In this document: one piece after another, positions 12,442 to 25,063 of the stretch
Layout: each line of letters begins with the position of its first letter
Position numbering within the stretch: position 1 is the first letter of the stretch
Source: Lepidodermella squamata
Lineage: Eukaryota > Animalia > Gastrotricha
NCBI GenBank assembly: GCA_047495785.1
Contig: JBLDXI010000061.1
Coordinates: 87,575-151,574 of the forward strand
DNA length: 64,000 nt
Direction of reading: 5' to 3'
Position numbers and translations under genes: made by a program
Notes under the pieces: generated by a model
The model's input: only the letters and a program-made list of their open reading frames with translations
Told to the model about the DNA's origin: nothing
The model's database searches: none

Positions 12442-15400
12442 ATGACCACGTTACTGATTGTTATAGGTAAATTCAACATTTCCGCTTCCTGTTGCTTCGA
12501 ATCCTTTCGCCATTGACCTTGTATAACTTGAATTCACGTTTTTCAAACTCAGTTTAATGTGAGACCAGTAACAGGAATTCGTTTGAGCCTCGTTCCTTTT
12601 TAAAATTCTGAATGAGGATGCGATTCACGATCGCCTTAAACTGAATGATACAAACTTAAATCTGAGTTTACAACGCTAATGATATACTTATTGCCATCAA
12701 AGGATTCGCAAGCATCGGATTTGCCACTGGCTGCTCTCCGAGCCCGCAAAAAAGCGCTCTTGTACGCTTCTTCTCATTAGCCTTTCCATAATTAAGCGTA
12801 CCAACAAACCTTCAGGCGTGTAAGAATGGTGCGACGTACGATTCTTCGGCTGATGCCTGTCGATGTGCGTATGGTTACTACGGAACACTATGCGAAGCAT
12901 GTGAGTTCTAACACTTGAGAGCTCATAGCTAGATTTTGGTGAATTGGGCCTAGATTGGTGTTCGGGCTGCAAAAACGGAGGGACTTGTAGCGGTCCTAAT
13001 AATTGCAATTGCACGAGTGGCTGGCGTGGATCGACCTGCGAAGACTGTGAGTTGATGGCCTCCTATGGGTAAAATCAATTGCTCATTGTTTTCTGGATAG
13101 ATTACTGCCCCGAGCTGAGGTGCCGGAACGGTGGTTTGTGCAACGGCCCTAACACTTGCTTCTGCCTGCCTCCCTGGCGAGGGTTGAGCTGCAATATATG
13201 TATGTTCGTCAAATTTATCATTCATTTTGACAAATCCCGTAATAACTGCCTGTCGCCAGGGGACAGACAGTTGTCGTAGACTGTCATAGTGCATTGTGCC
13301 AAGTGGAATATCACTTATTGCACCGCTGCGCATCATAATCGCGGCCTCATATTTTAGTGCTTTTTCCAACTACCAGCTCCGCGATCTCCAGTGTTCGGGG
13401 AAAACATGTTTCTTCCGACCAATGTCTTTTTATATCCGACCAATGTCTTATTTCATCCTACAACCAAAAATGTGACTAAAACCTGCCCAGTTGCTTTTTC
13501 ATATTTTCAAAAAATTACAGTGAAAAAGTGACAGCTCGGATCGCCATAAATCCTTTCCCATAACATTCTGCCGGTTCAGGGGCCAAATTAGGGTGCATAA
13601 AAGGGGTACTTTCCTACGGAAAATTCGAACTCGGGGAATACGAGAAAATCGATATTTTCATGGCGGATGATTTTAGTCACAATTTTGGTTGTCGGATGAA
13701 GTAAGACATTAGTCGGATTAAAAAAGTCACACCCCAGTGTTCTTGATTAAACAAGCTCTCTTTGATTTGTGATTTCAGCCTTGTGTACGTTACGATGCGC
13801 AAACAACGGCATTTGTTTCTACGGCAATCAGTGTACCTGCGTGAACGGCTACTTCGGCTCGCTCTGCACAGATTGTTAGACCATGACAATAAATTAATCT
13901 CAGTTCAATTATCTGTTTTGTTCTCCAGTTACTTGCGTTAAACCCTGCCAGAATGGCGGATCCTGCATCGCTCCGGACACGTGCAAGTGCGATGTTGGAT
14001 GGAGGGGGCCTACTTGTTCAGAGAGTAAGGAGTTTCTTTAATACCAAACCACATTGAGGACGGAGTTACACGGGCCTGACCTGATGCGTTCGTACTGATT
14101 AAGTCGTTTTTGTATCATTTATAGTATACTCGCATTTGAATCTCCTTTGAAATTCGAATTGTCTTCCCCTTGAGAATGTTAACATTTTCTTGTAGTCACC
14201 TGTTATCCGACTTGTGCGAATGGGGGTCGATGCTCCGGGCCGAATACTTGCACGTGTGCCGATGGCTGGACTGGAAAAAATTGTACCACACGTAATTTTT
14301 ATTCCCAATCATTGTCATCGATTCGAAATGTTGTTTTTGGCTTGGTTTATTATGTTATTATCTAACTCTCGTTATAACGTGTATCGTGAATTTTACAGCT
14401 ACCTGCACACCGGCTTGTCAAAATGGCGGCACCTGCCTCGGCGGCAACGTGTGCAAATGCGCGAATGGCTACGCAGGCTCAACGTGCTCAGATGGTATAG
14501 CAATAACAGTCGCTACAAGTTGGCAGCTCTTTTTGATAATTTTCTTATGACGCAGCTGTTTGCTCACCAACTTGCAAAAAGGGCCAATGCGCTGCTTCAA
14601 ATGTGTGTTCTTGCGACTCAGGATGGACTGGATCGGATTGCTCAATTTGTAAAGCCATATCTAATGTTTTGTCTATTCAATTTACTATTTATTTTATTCT
14701 GTAGCGGCCTGCTCATCGCCTTGTCTGAATGGAGGAACTTGTACAGGAACGAACAAGTGTATTTGCGTTAACGGATACACTGGAGCAACTTGCGCTGAAT
14801 GTGAGTTTTCTTTCCTCGATACTATCCCTGTAGCTAGTGAATTTTCGATCATCCTAGATACTTGCTCACAAACGTGCAAAAATGGAGGTTCCTGTATATC
14901 ACCGGACAAGTGCAGCTGCGGCGATCAATGGGCTGGCACAGACTGCAGCATACGTAAGTTGGAATAATTCACCGTGATCTGTAGTACATGCTTTTGGTCT
15001 GTAGCATTTGCACATCCTTTTCGAATATGCTGAGTGTAAATTTCTATTGTAATTTCAGCCAAGTGTACTCCGGACTGTGCAAATAGCGGCATTTGCTCCT
15101 CCGGCAATCTGTGTACCTGTGTGAACAACTACTCCGGCTCGCGGTGCTCGCAATGTGAGATTAGCAATCTTTCAATTCCATTTCAAACCTATGATTTGTT
15201 CTTCAGTTTCCTGCATTAAAACTTGCCAGAATGGCGGTACCTGTACAGCCCCAAACACTTGCACTTGCGCTGCCGGATGGAAAGGAGAGGACTGCGCTAC
15301 TCGTAAAGAGCTCATTTTGATGCTGGGCTAATTAACTGACGTTTCCATATTTCCCTAGCAATTTGTAATTCTCTGTGCCAGAATGGAGGGACTTGTATCG

Positions 15401-16344
15401 CTCCGAACACGTGCAAGTGTGATGGTGGATGGAGATGGCCTACTTGTTCTCAGAGTAAGAAGCTTCTTCAATGAAATGCAAAACTGATAAATGATTTTAT
15501 TTGTCAGCAAAATACTATTTATCCTCTAGCCCAGCTAATTTTCGAGACGCCACTAATTACTGCGAGACATCGAGCAGTCGCGCTGCTGTGATTAACTCGC
15601 AAGGTGAATGGGAAAAGGCGAAGATCAGTTTGGGGAGTCAAAGCAAAGTTTGGCTTTCGCTATCGGCCGGCTTTCTCTGGATCTACGACAATTCGCCAGT
15701 TGGGTTGTCTAATATATGGGGAAGTGGCGAGCCGAGTGGCGACGGCAGTTGTAAGTTTTGATCAGCAGCTCTAGCTAGTCTACTTGCTTTTACTCTCTCA
15801 ACTTCAGGCATGGAAGTTTTAGGTGGCGTGCAAGGCATAAACGATGAATCTTGCACCTCAAGTCGAAGTTCACTGTGCCAAGATCCAAGCAATGTGATGA
15901 CTTTCTTGTTAATGAAAGTCCTCAAATTTTGCTTTATTTTCTTAGGAAAATGACGTCACAGTTGTCGGCCCGGCTGGTATTTGGGATTCAGCCAAAGCAA
16001 AATGTGAAGCAGTGGGTCGAAAATTGGCAGTCTTGAGGACGAGAGCACTTGTTGATGCAATGTTGAGCTCATCAAGGAATGGGTGGATAGCCGGTAAGCG
16101 TTCCGATGGCAATAATTTCTACTGGTCCACGGGCGTCGCTGTCTCGCCGAGCAACGTCATTCCGCCGTGGGCTCCAGGCCAGCCTGAAATAAGCAATAAC
16201 AAGCAATGTAAGTTGGCATCGTGGCCTTGCATTAATGTTGCGTTAATTCTGTTTTTTTCAGGCGTAACGATGGACACAACGGGTCAAATGACGGTAGAAA
16301 GGTGCAGCAACAGTAACTATGCGCTATGCGAGTATACAAATTAA
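12442..16344 (+). CDS. Secreted ~13xEGF + 2x C-type lectin domain protein (paralog 2)
   Basis: Same promoter/first exons and CTLD exons as paralog 1, but ~13 EGF exons; EPS and QPE lectin motifs. Confidence 0.85.
13390..13740. mobile_element. MITE in intron of EGF-CTL paralog 2
   Basis: ~55-bp inverted arms (tccgaccaatgtcttatttcatcctacaaccaaaaatgtgactaaaa / ttttagtcacaattttggttgtcggatgaagtaagacattagtcgga). Confidence 0.7.
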
Positions 16345-17190
16345 CGAGAGAAGCAGAGGCAGCTGTGATGAGCCTTTGATAAATCCAAAAAGACAGGCTT
16401 TCAGCTTATTTCATTTTTTTACCACACTTTACCCGCAATATTCTGTCAATATCTTCCAGCTCGTTTAGTATACTTTGAACGCACCGCTCATTTTAACAGT
16501 AAAAACATTAACGTTACTGGCAGAATTGGTTTTCAATCATGTTCTCAAAATAACCAGAATTGCAAATTTGCATGAAAATATTTCATGCAAATTGACATTT
16601 TAAAGGAAGCATGTTGCTTTTTATGTGTAAAAAATGCATTTTTTCATGCGATTTTTTCGCATCAAAATTATTGATTTTTTTCCTGTCCAGCAGAAAAGTG
16701 GCTAGTGTCGAGTCCACACAGTATTAGTCCCGAGGCATCGGCCCATGCAACATGCAATTCAACTCCAGAACAGGTTCATCATCCAATTTGGCCAGACAAA
16801 AAATTGTTCATTCTTCGTGTGTAACAAGAATTTTGGTTTGCAATTTGGGCTCAATTGTCATTGAAGCAATCGATTCTTTGGAGAGTTGAACCTTCCGTAA
16901 GACATTGAACATTGAAGGCTTCCGTAAGCACGTTCTTGGTAATGTGATCTTGTGCGAGCGCTCCTCCCGGCATCCGTGGCAAGCTGAGCTGGAAATCGGT
17001 CTTCAAATGCAAAAGAAGAATCAGCTTCATTAGTAGCTACTATTCTAAGATTTTTGATATTCATTAGTACAGCAATGTACTTTTTAGTTCAATTTGCGGA
17101 TGAAACCTAATAATGCACGTCTCAACCGCGTGTCTCACTGCGAAGCATATAAATTCACCTTTCGATATACTAAAACATCCGAAATTATAA

Positions 17191-20057
17191 ATGTCAATTT
17201 CGCAAATAATTTTGATACTCGCCTCCTCTCTCGTTGTTAACGGCGAGCTTTCGAAATTGAGAATAGCCAATTTCATGCCATTTACTGGGTTGGAACCCAA
17301 CCGGTGCCAAACATGCAAGGTTATGGCTGAACTAGTCATAGGGTTGGTCAACAATCGCAGCGACATTCTACCAAATTACAAAATCGAGCCTCAATTCATT
17401 GATGACAACAACGGACCAATGTTAGTTCGCCGTTTTCTCGAATTCGACAACCAGTTTAATGGGAACAAACTCGGTGAGAATACCTTCAAAGCTCCTGTTG
17501 TTGTTGGCCCAGTTAATTCTTGCGAGATGATAGCTTCGTTTGTTAACAAGCTTGGATATGTTGAGATTGCTCAATGCGCATCAGATGGATTGAACAACCG
17601 AGCCCGTTTCTCGAATTTGTACCTAATCCGACCTTTAGCAGCTCAAGCTTGGATATCTAGACTTCGTTTCATCGTCGATATTGGGAAATGGAGCTACTTC
17701 GCGCTGATTGTCAACGCGAACCAAGAGTATTCCGGGGCTAAACTCATGCAGAGGCTGGCGATTCTAAACGGTGTTCAAGTCTATCTCAACGCAGTCCCGG
17801 AATTCGATGACGACGCGGCCTTGGCCTTGAAGAAATCTGAAGCCCGCATAATCGCTCTTTATGCTGCGGGTTCGATGAATTATCAAGTCCTGTGTCGATG
17901 TTTCAATCTCGGAATGACTGGTCCGAGGTACGTTTTCATCCTATCCGGGAGCTCATTTGCAGATCCAAGGACTTTGCCAGCTGTAATCTACCCTGGATGT
18001 ACAAGGGAGATGATTTTCACTCAGAGCCTCTACTCAATCATGGTTATGTCTCAAAGCATAACAGACGAGCCTTTCGTCAAGTCTGAGTTGGGCTTCAACC
18101 TGTTTGAAATGGATAAAATGTTGGATTTATACACGAATAACTCGCGGCTTCCCGAATACGGGAACCGATACATATGCCATGATGCTACCCTTCAAAGCCT
18201 GCTATTGCTGAATCGGACGGAATATCGACTGGAAAGGATCGGGTTGAGCTTGCAGAATATCACCACCCACCCTGATTTGATTTCTAGAATAATTAATGAG
18301 TCGGCGGTGCGAATGAGTTACGTAGGCCTGAGAAAGAGCGGCCCGAGCTTTTACAGCCAGGATAGGGGTGAGATGATGGGCTCGAAATGGCCTGTGCTTC
18401 AATGGAACCCAACCGATGGCCTGAGGACTATTTGGATGGTAGTTCAGTCCGAAACCAACGATTCCTGCAACGAACTCGCAATGTATTCAACTTATAGCGT
18501 TCTCAAATCGAAATGGCCAACATTGGATGGGAAACCGCCATCGGACAGAGCTAAGATAAAACATGAAGTTCAGGAAGTTCACCTCGCGCTAAAAATCTCT
18601 ATTTTCGTGCTAAGTGCAGGCTTAATCACGGTTAAATTCGGTCTTTTTATAATAATTTCGCGCTACAAATCTCCAGACAAGTTCAGACGGATGCCATTTC
18701 TCTCGACATTGCAAATCGCTTTCCTTTGCCTCGCCGATATCTCAGCCATCATTTTCGCATCGGATGTCGATGAATCACGAATTATAGCAACCCACGTAGC
18801 TAGAGTTTTGACCCTCATGATCGGTCTAAGCCTATCGAACTTCTGCATGATTTTCCGGACAATGGCTACGAGTTCATTAGTGGCTAATATCAAGCAGAAG
18901 GCTGTAAGTGAGAGGGTTAAAACGACCCCCAAAAAATCAAACCCGAGCCTTGGGAGAGCTAGTAATGGTACTTTGGTCGCTTTTCCCCAACTCAGTAACG
19001 ACGACTTTTTTGCGAAAAAATTAAGCCAAAGAAAGTTCGTGCAACTCCAGAAGATATGTGCGCTGTTAACAGGGATAGGATTTGCTATTCTAGCTGCTTA
19101 TGGAGCGATTTGGGAGAGTGTTGCCCCTACCAAGTGTGAAGGCATCACAATAACGCCTAGCCCGGTATATTTCGACGAAATCGATACTTACATATTCACC
19201 TCAGCCGTAAATTGTCACGGGGATTCTCAAGATATTTGGTCTCTTGTGATTCTCGGGGTTAATGTAGTGCTACTAGTTATCGGATGCTACTATGCCAGAA
19301 AAATGACTCGAGATACAAGGTTCATTTTGCACCATTGGGACTTCACGTATTTGCTCTATGGCAGGGCTTCTCAATACCTGACCCTCGGCGACCCCAAAAT
19401 TTACATTCTCACCAGGCTGCGACCCCTACCGATTTTTTTTAATTTTTATGGTTTTTTGGTATAGCAAAAGATGCCTCAAATTAAGAAATTCTACGACAAA
19501 ATGGTCAAATATTGCACAATTTCGATCCATTTTTCTAAAAATTTCCTGAAACTTCTACATATATGAGGTTCGAAGCCGCATTTTCGACCGGTTTTAAGTC
19601 AAATATTGTGGGTGGCGAGCGAAGCGAGCTTTAGCTGACGCTATTTGTCACACATTTTCTGGAAGAGTGACCATAAAATGGATCAAATCTTCTAATTTTT
19701 TAGTTTTTTCAAAATGATCATTCGACCCCCGCGACCCTTGGACCGGTCCGCGACCCCTCAAAAATTGGCCCGCGACCCCCGCGGGGGTCGCGACCCACCG
19801 TTTGAGAAGCGCTGCTCTATGGGATGACGAATTGTATCATAACTATGTTAGCTTCCTGTCTGGTTTTGCTGGCTGTTCCCAAGAATCCGGTAACGATCAG
19901 GATTGTCGTGGCATTTTCTGCGATTTGGATATCAGCTACAACATCAGCTATTTGTTACTTGCCGTATCGAAGGAAACCAGCTCCAGTCAGTGGCGTAGCT
20001 GGCCTTTCGCGGATAGGAGGACATGTGTCTCGGAATTTAAACCAGCCAAGAACGTGA
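17191..20057 (+). CDS. Intronless class C (GABA-B-like) GPCR, interrupted by a hAT MITE
   Basis: Signal peptide, ANF/Venus-flytrap domain (NNRSDILPNYKI, LKKSEARII, LGMTGPRYVFIL), WPTLDGKPPSD linker and TM helices. Removing 19362-19822 restores the frame YLLYG-MTNCIIT with the last two TMs. Confidence 0.85.
19362..19814. mobile_element. hAT (Charlie-like) MITE
   Basis: TIR cagggcttctcaa...ttgagaagcgctg, 8-bp TSD ctctatgg, subterminal cgacccc repeats. Confidence 0.93.
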
Positions 20058-20878
20058 TACCAGGCCCCGGCTAGTTACGCCCCTGCTATACGCTATAATA
20101 CATACTGAATAATTTAAAGAAAAGCGTCTGCGCTTCACGGAGCGACACTTTTCCATTTTCTAACGCTTGAGCCGGGCTTTCGTCATTCGTTATTTCCTCT
20201 CAATCTATGAATGGGTTTGAAATTCCGATGGAAATCTGAACCGTTTATTGTTTTCCTGGTAGTCGTCCAATAAATTCAAAGTCCAAGTGAAAGTCTAAAC
20301 CATGAGGCATTGGCAGGAACATCAATTAGAGATTTTACTAATTCGTAACGCAGAAAAGAAGATCCGTTTTCACCCAATAAATCAGAAGCGTCTTCACGAA
20401 CAACAAATGCTTATCGTCACGAACAGACAGCCGTAATTAGCATTCATTCAGAAATAGGATCTAGGATCAATTAACAGAGTTCGTTCGCAGCAGAAAGCGT
20501 TTCGAAGCTGCAACGTGCAACGTAGCACAGATAATTTTCAAACTTATCATCGAGACATTGGACACAGTCGTTGCAGTCATAAATCCGAAATTTTTGGCGT
20601 CGTGAAACAGCTACATAATCGCACCCTGCGCTGAATTTCCTAAGACTCAATGTTGATTTGATCCATCACAAATTCGGTGTCCATGCGGTTTGAAAGCTTT
20701 GCTATATAGGAGGGGTTCCTCAATCTCAACCTTTGCTGGTACTCGAATTTCTCGAATTTCAAAGGAAAGCGAAAATTTATGCAACAGATTCAAAATTCAA
20801 GTTTTATTTGGTTACTTTTTCACGCGGACTGATGTGAAAGATCTACGACTACCGGTCTATTTTTTATCAAACAATAAA

Positions 20879-21574
20879 TTAGTCAGAATATTCAGGAATA
20901 GGAATCGGCCTTGTTACTATTTCAATTAGCTTCGGCCGTGGAGCGACGTACTTTTCCATAAAATCAGACGGCAAGCGCTCTGTCAACGAATACATCGACG
21001 TAGCAGTTTGAGGCCGCCATCTCTGTTTCGGTACATCATCCAACTCAGCCGGGCGTTGAATCGCTGCGATTTGCAGCGGAGACAATTGACTGTTTTGAGG
21101 CATCCAAATTACTACAGAATTCGTACGATAAGGCGACTGGCTCGACCACGGCCTTCTCGGGCTGGTCGGTGGAGTCCTGCCATTTGTAAAGGGGCCTTTT
21201 TCCTGGATAGTTTTCGGCTTACCGCCTGGTCTTGGGGTAGAAACTCGCAGATTGCCGGGTGTGCTCATTCCAGTGATTGTCAAGGTGCTTTCAAGCCATT
21301 CAGTAGCATGTCTGTAGAAGCCCTGAGAGTGCCATGGGTCGAACATGTTGAGCCTTGCTCTAGTCAGCTGGACTTCTTTGTTCGATCTCGGAGTCGCAGA
21401 TTTCACTGAATGCAAGCAAAACTACAGTTAGGTTTGAAATGAGAATCGGCAGTTACCTCGTCTCTGAGGGGTGAGCAATAACCGGGGTGAATATTGGATG
21501 GAAATTCGCTCCCTTCTCCTTATATCTTCTTCCTCCTCCGCTGTGAGGGGAACGATTCTGTTTATTGGCTGCAT
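20879..21574 (-). CDS. Two-exon uncharacterised Pro/Arg/Ser-rich protein
   Basis: Exon 21574-21457 splices in frame (phase 1, GT-AG, 21456-21406) into the 20879-21415 ORF; no family recognised. Confidence 0.5.
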
Positions 21575-22018
21575 TTTATGTAGACTGAAAAAGTGCGAGT
21601 AGAAACTGAGCAGCTGAATGCTGAATAGATGTAGAGCGAATACTTATTTGTACGTGTGTGCTGTTGAATAGCCGCTTTTACAGGATACTCGTTGATGAGG
21701 GTCGCTATTCAGGAAATAGGTTTTCAGCAAGTTGAAAACATATCAATGCCGAAGAAACACACAAAACACCGTAAGAGGCAATTCTCTAATATCTTTAATC
21801 TCAAGTAATTTTTATTAGGTAAATATCATGGAGGGGACACGTACCATTATGGCTCACTGCGAAAATGTGTCCAATTTTTGAAAAGAAAATTGTCCTCATA
21901 CTGGAAATCTCACAGAATGTATTATTTAATTTATTAAGGTAACATTTCCCGAATATGATCTGATTAAAATTCTCAAAATTCTTACAAAAATTCCTGAAAT
22001 TATTAGAAAAATAATGAA

Positions 22019-23407
22019 TTATGAGGTCATGAGACTCAAGTAAACAGCATCTGAAATAAGAATTCCCAAAAATACAACAGATCCAAATATCACATCAACC
22101 AGCCTCATTATTTGCAAACGAAATTTCCCAAGAATACTACATGTTTTATCCTCATATCTCTGCGAAAGAGGGACTGCTAACAAACAATACGCTGTCAAGC
22201 CAACTCCAGTTACAAATTTCACTGCAACCATCCAAATAAGGTAAACATGTTCTGAGGTACGAGGTATGGATGAGAAAACCATGGATAATATCACTGAATT
22301 TGCGAGAACGACAGTTACCATGAACGCAGGCCGATCAGGTAGATCAGGCGGTAGGAGCAAACCTAAAATTTGCATGAGGAACATTGCCATTACAGGCACG
22401 AAAATGCTGTTAACAAAATAGAAATAATTTCGAGTAAATTTCAGGTTGAAATACAGGCCCTGGTAAATTGTCCCATCAAATATTGGAACGTTGAGAATCG
22501 TGTAATTCAACGGCGTCTCTACAGACCAAATATCAGTCTCGCCAATGAAAGCGTCCATAGAGCGAATTAGGACCGCGGAACTGGTTAGGATCGCCAAATT
22601 CGACATAAGGGTCCCCCCTTTGGTCTTTGAATGAGCTCACCGTACGGACCGATGGAACTGGTAGGGATGATCCCTACCATCCCTAGCGGTACTTCGCTCT
22701 CTGAAAGCGTCCTTACCAAGAACAAACACGAAATCAATCCCAGAAAATGTGATGATATTCGCGGGAAATTCTGACGTAAGGGAAATACTACAGTCAACAA
22801 AGTCGAATGGGAATTTCTTGAACTGAAAGTCGCAATCTGAAACCAGCAGTCCAGAGGCACTCCAAACTGCCCGGCTGAAGCACATGTATAGGTCGATGAG
22901 GTTTGCCATTTCTTCGAAGGGTCGAGCCTTATTGTGGAAGTTAAGATGAACGATTCGGGGTCGCCATATTTCGTAGACGTTCCTCGGGAATGAGATCAGT
23001 TTGTAGTTCTCAGGCAGCATTTTGCCGTTGAAAATTGAGCTGCAAGGGTCTGGTGGGCACTGCAAGTCCCAGCTGAACTGGACGGATACCACTGCTGATA
23101 GTCTGGAAGTTCAAGCCATGATTTAGCCTCTAATTCTAGGAAATTTAGCAACAGCTTACGTTTGCTCAATATCATCGATGCCACTAAATCGGTAAAGCAC
23201 TAGTTTAACCCCGACATTGATTGGGCCTGTAAAGTTATTGCGGAATTGCTGCTCTAAAGGTAGGTTTGTTGAAGTGGCAGTGGGGCATATTTCAATGAAA
23301 GCCCTCTCAAACTCGGCGGAAGTCCAGTTTTCGAAGGTCGATCCAGCTTCGAGAAATCTCATGGCTAAATTCATTATAAAACAGATCAGAGTCACAAAAC
23401 GTTCCAT
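22019..23407 (-). CDS. Divergent Cys-loop ligand-gated ion channel subunit
   Basis: Signal peptide, IWRPRIV, Cys-loop C-x13-C (CDFQFKKFPFDFVDC) and four TMs (LLLPPDLPDR, IPRTSEH). Introns 23159-23103 and 22640-22581 remove the apparent stops. Confidence 0.88.
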
Positions 23408-23674
23408 CGTCAAAATACGATGTGAATCTCTGCACATGGTTGGGAATATGCCCTTCGTTTGTTCATCAATTATTCATTATAAAGCTGCTATGCTCTTCAC
23501 CGGTTATGACTGATGATCGAATCAGGGATAAAAACAGTTAGAGCCCCGGCTTGTGAATTATTGACATTACAATTGACAAATTTGAACCCAATTTAAATGA
23601 CAAAGAGGTTGATATAAACTTGGCGACATCATTTGCGATAAGGCAGACCCCCTTATCAAACCCCAAGTGGAGAA

Positions 23675-25038
23675 ATGAGATACGAGAAAATTCCAAAAAC
23701 CATGTTTGTTTTCATAGTTTTGTTCTCTATAGCTTTCCTAGGGCCAATTTTAGCTGAGCAAAAGCGTTATGATGGCGATCAAGTGTATCGAATCATACCC
23801 GCGACACCCCAGCAGCTCGATTTGCTTCAACAGGTCTATTCAAGCGAGGGCGAGGAGCAGCTGGATTTTTGGACGGATCCTGTTCTTGTGAATAAGCCAG
23901 TTCACATTCGAGTCCCGGCTCAATTTCGCGAGTCAGCCACGAGATTTTTCAACGAAACGAAGTTGAACTTCAGAGTTGTTGTACCCGACGTTCAGAAGCT
24001 TATCGAGAATGTTGATCAGCTGAATGCTGAAAGACGGAAGACGCTCAACTATGAATCAGATCCATCTTCTATCGTCAACACTTATGCTTCGTATGCGGAT
24101 ATTTCGAATTGGATGAGCTCTGTTTGTTCTAAGAACCCAAATTTGGCAGAATGTGGCAATATTGGAGAATCCTTTGAGAAACGGCAACTGAACTACATTA
24201 AACTCGGTTCTTCAAAACCTGATAAATCTAAGCCCAAAATATGGATCGAAGGAAATATTCACGCAAGGTTTGAGTTAGAAATTATTCTTAAACATACTTC
24301 ATTGCCTAATCTTCTAGAGAATGGCTCTCTTCAGCAACCTGTGTTCATTTGATCAATCACATGGTAACAAGTTACAACACCGATCCAGCCGCTAAGCGGA
24401 TGCTGGATAATTACGACTGGTACATCTTCCCCGTCCTAAATCCTGATGGTTATGAGTTCAGCAGGGCTAAGGAACGTCTGTGGCGTAAAACCCGGTCGAA
24501 AACCGATATTGAATACTGCGATGGCGCTGATCCCAACCGAAATTGGGACTACAAATGGGGAACAGTTGGCAGCCAATCGTTTGCTTGCTCTGAAACATTT
24601 AGAGGGGTGAAGCCGTTTTCTGAGCCTGAAACTAAGGCTCTATCGGATTTTGTTATGGCAAATCGAGAGAACTCTAAGGCCTACTTCTCTCTTCATACTT
24701 TCTCGCAGTATTGGATGACCCCATATGGAGTGAAGCCTAACCCTGACGACTACAACGAGCTTATGCGAGTCGCGAATATCGGAGCGAGTGCATTAATGGC
24801 TGTGAATAAGACGAAGTGGAAGGTTGGCAGTATCGTCGAGTTGTTGTATGAAGCATCTGGTGGCTCGAATGATTGGGCGAAAGCTGTTGCGGGGATTAAA
24901 TACAGCTATTGCCTTGAACTCAGGCCCGCAAATGGCCAATTCGCAAACGGCTTCGTGGTTCCTGAGAGCGAGATCGAACCTAGTGGTCGTGAAGTTTGGG
25001 CCGGCCTTGTCGCAGCTATAGACGCAATTCCGGATTAA
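23675..25038 (+). CDS. M14A zinc carboxypeptidase (A/B-like) with propeptide
   Basis: Propeptide LDFW; HAR|EW across 50-bp intron 24268-24317; NPDGY, RLWRKTR, GADPNRNW, SLHTFSQ, GGSNDW, ELRP. Confidence 0.95.
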
Positions 25039-25063
25039 AACTATGATAAATACTTCCGATTAA

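Noticed and set aside
16858-17064. Short ORF head-to-head with the GPCR
   Set aside because: No motif, splice or paralog support
22607-22640. In-frame TGA in the ion-channel gene (readthrough/selenocysteine?)
   Set aside because: Lies within a canonical 60-bp GT-AG intron (22640-22581)
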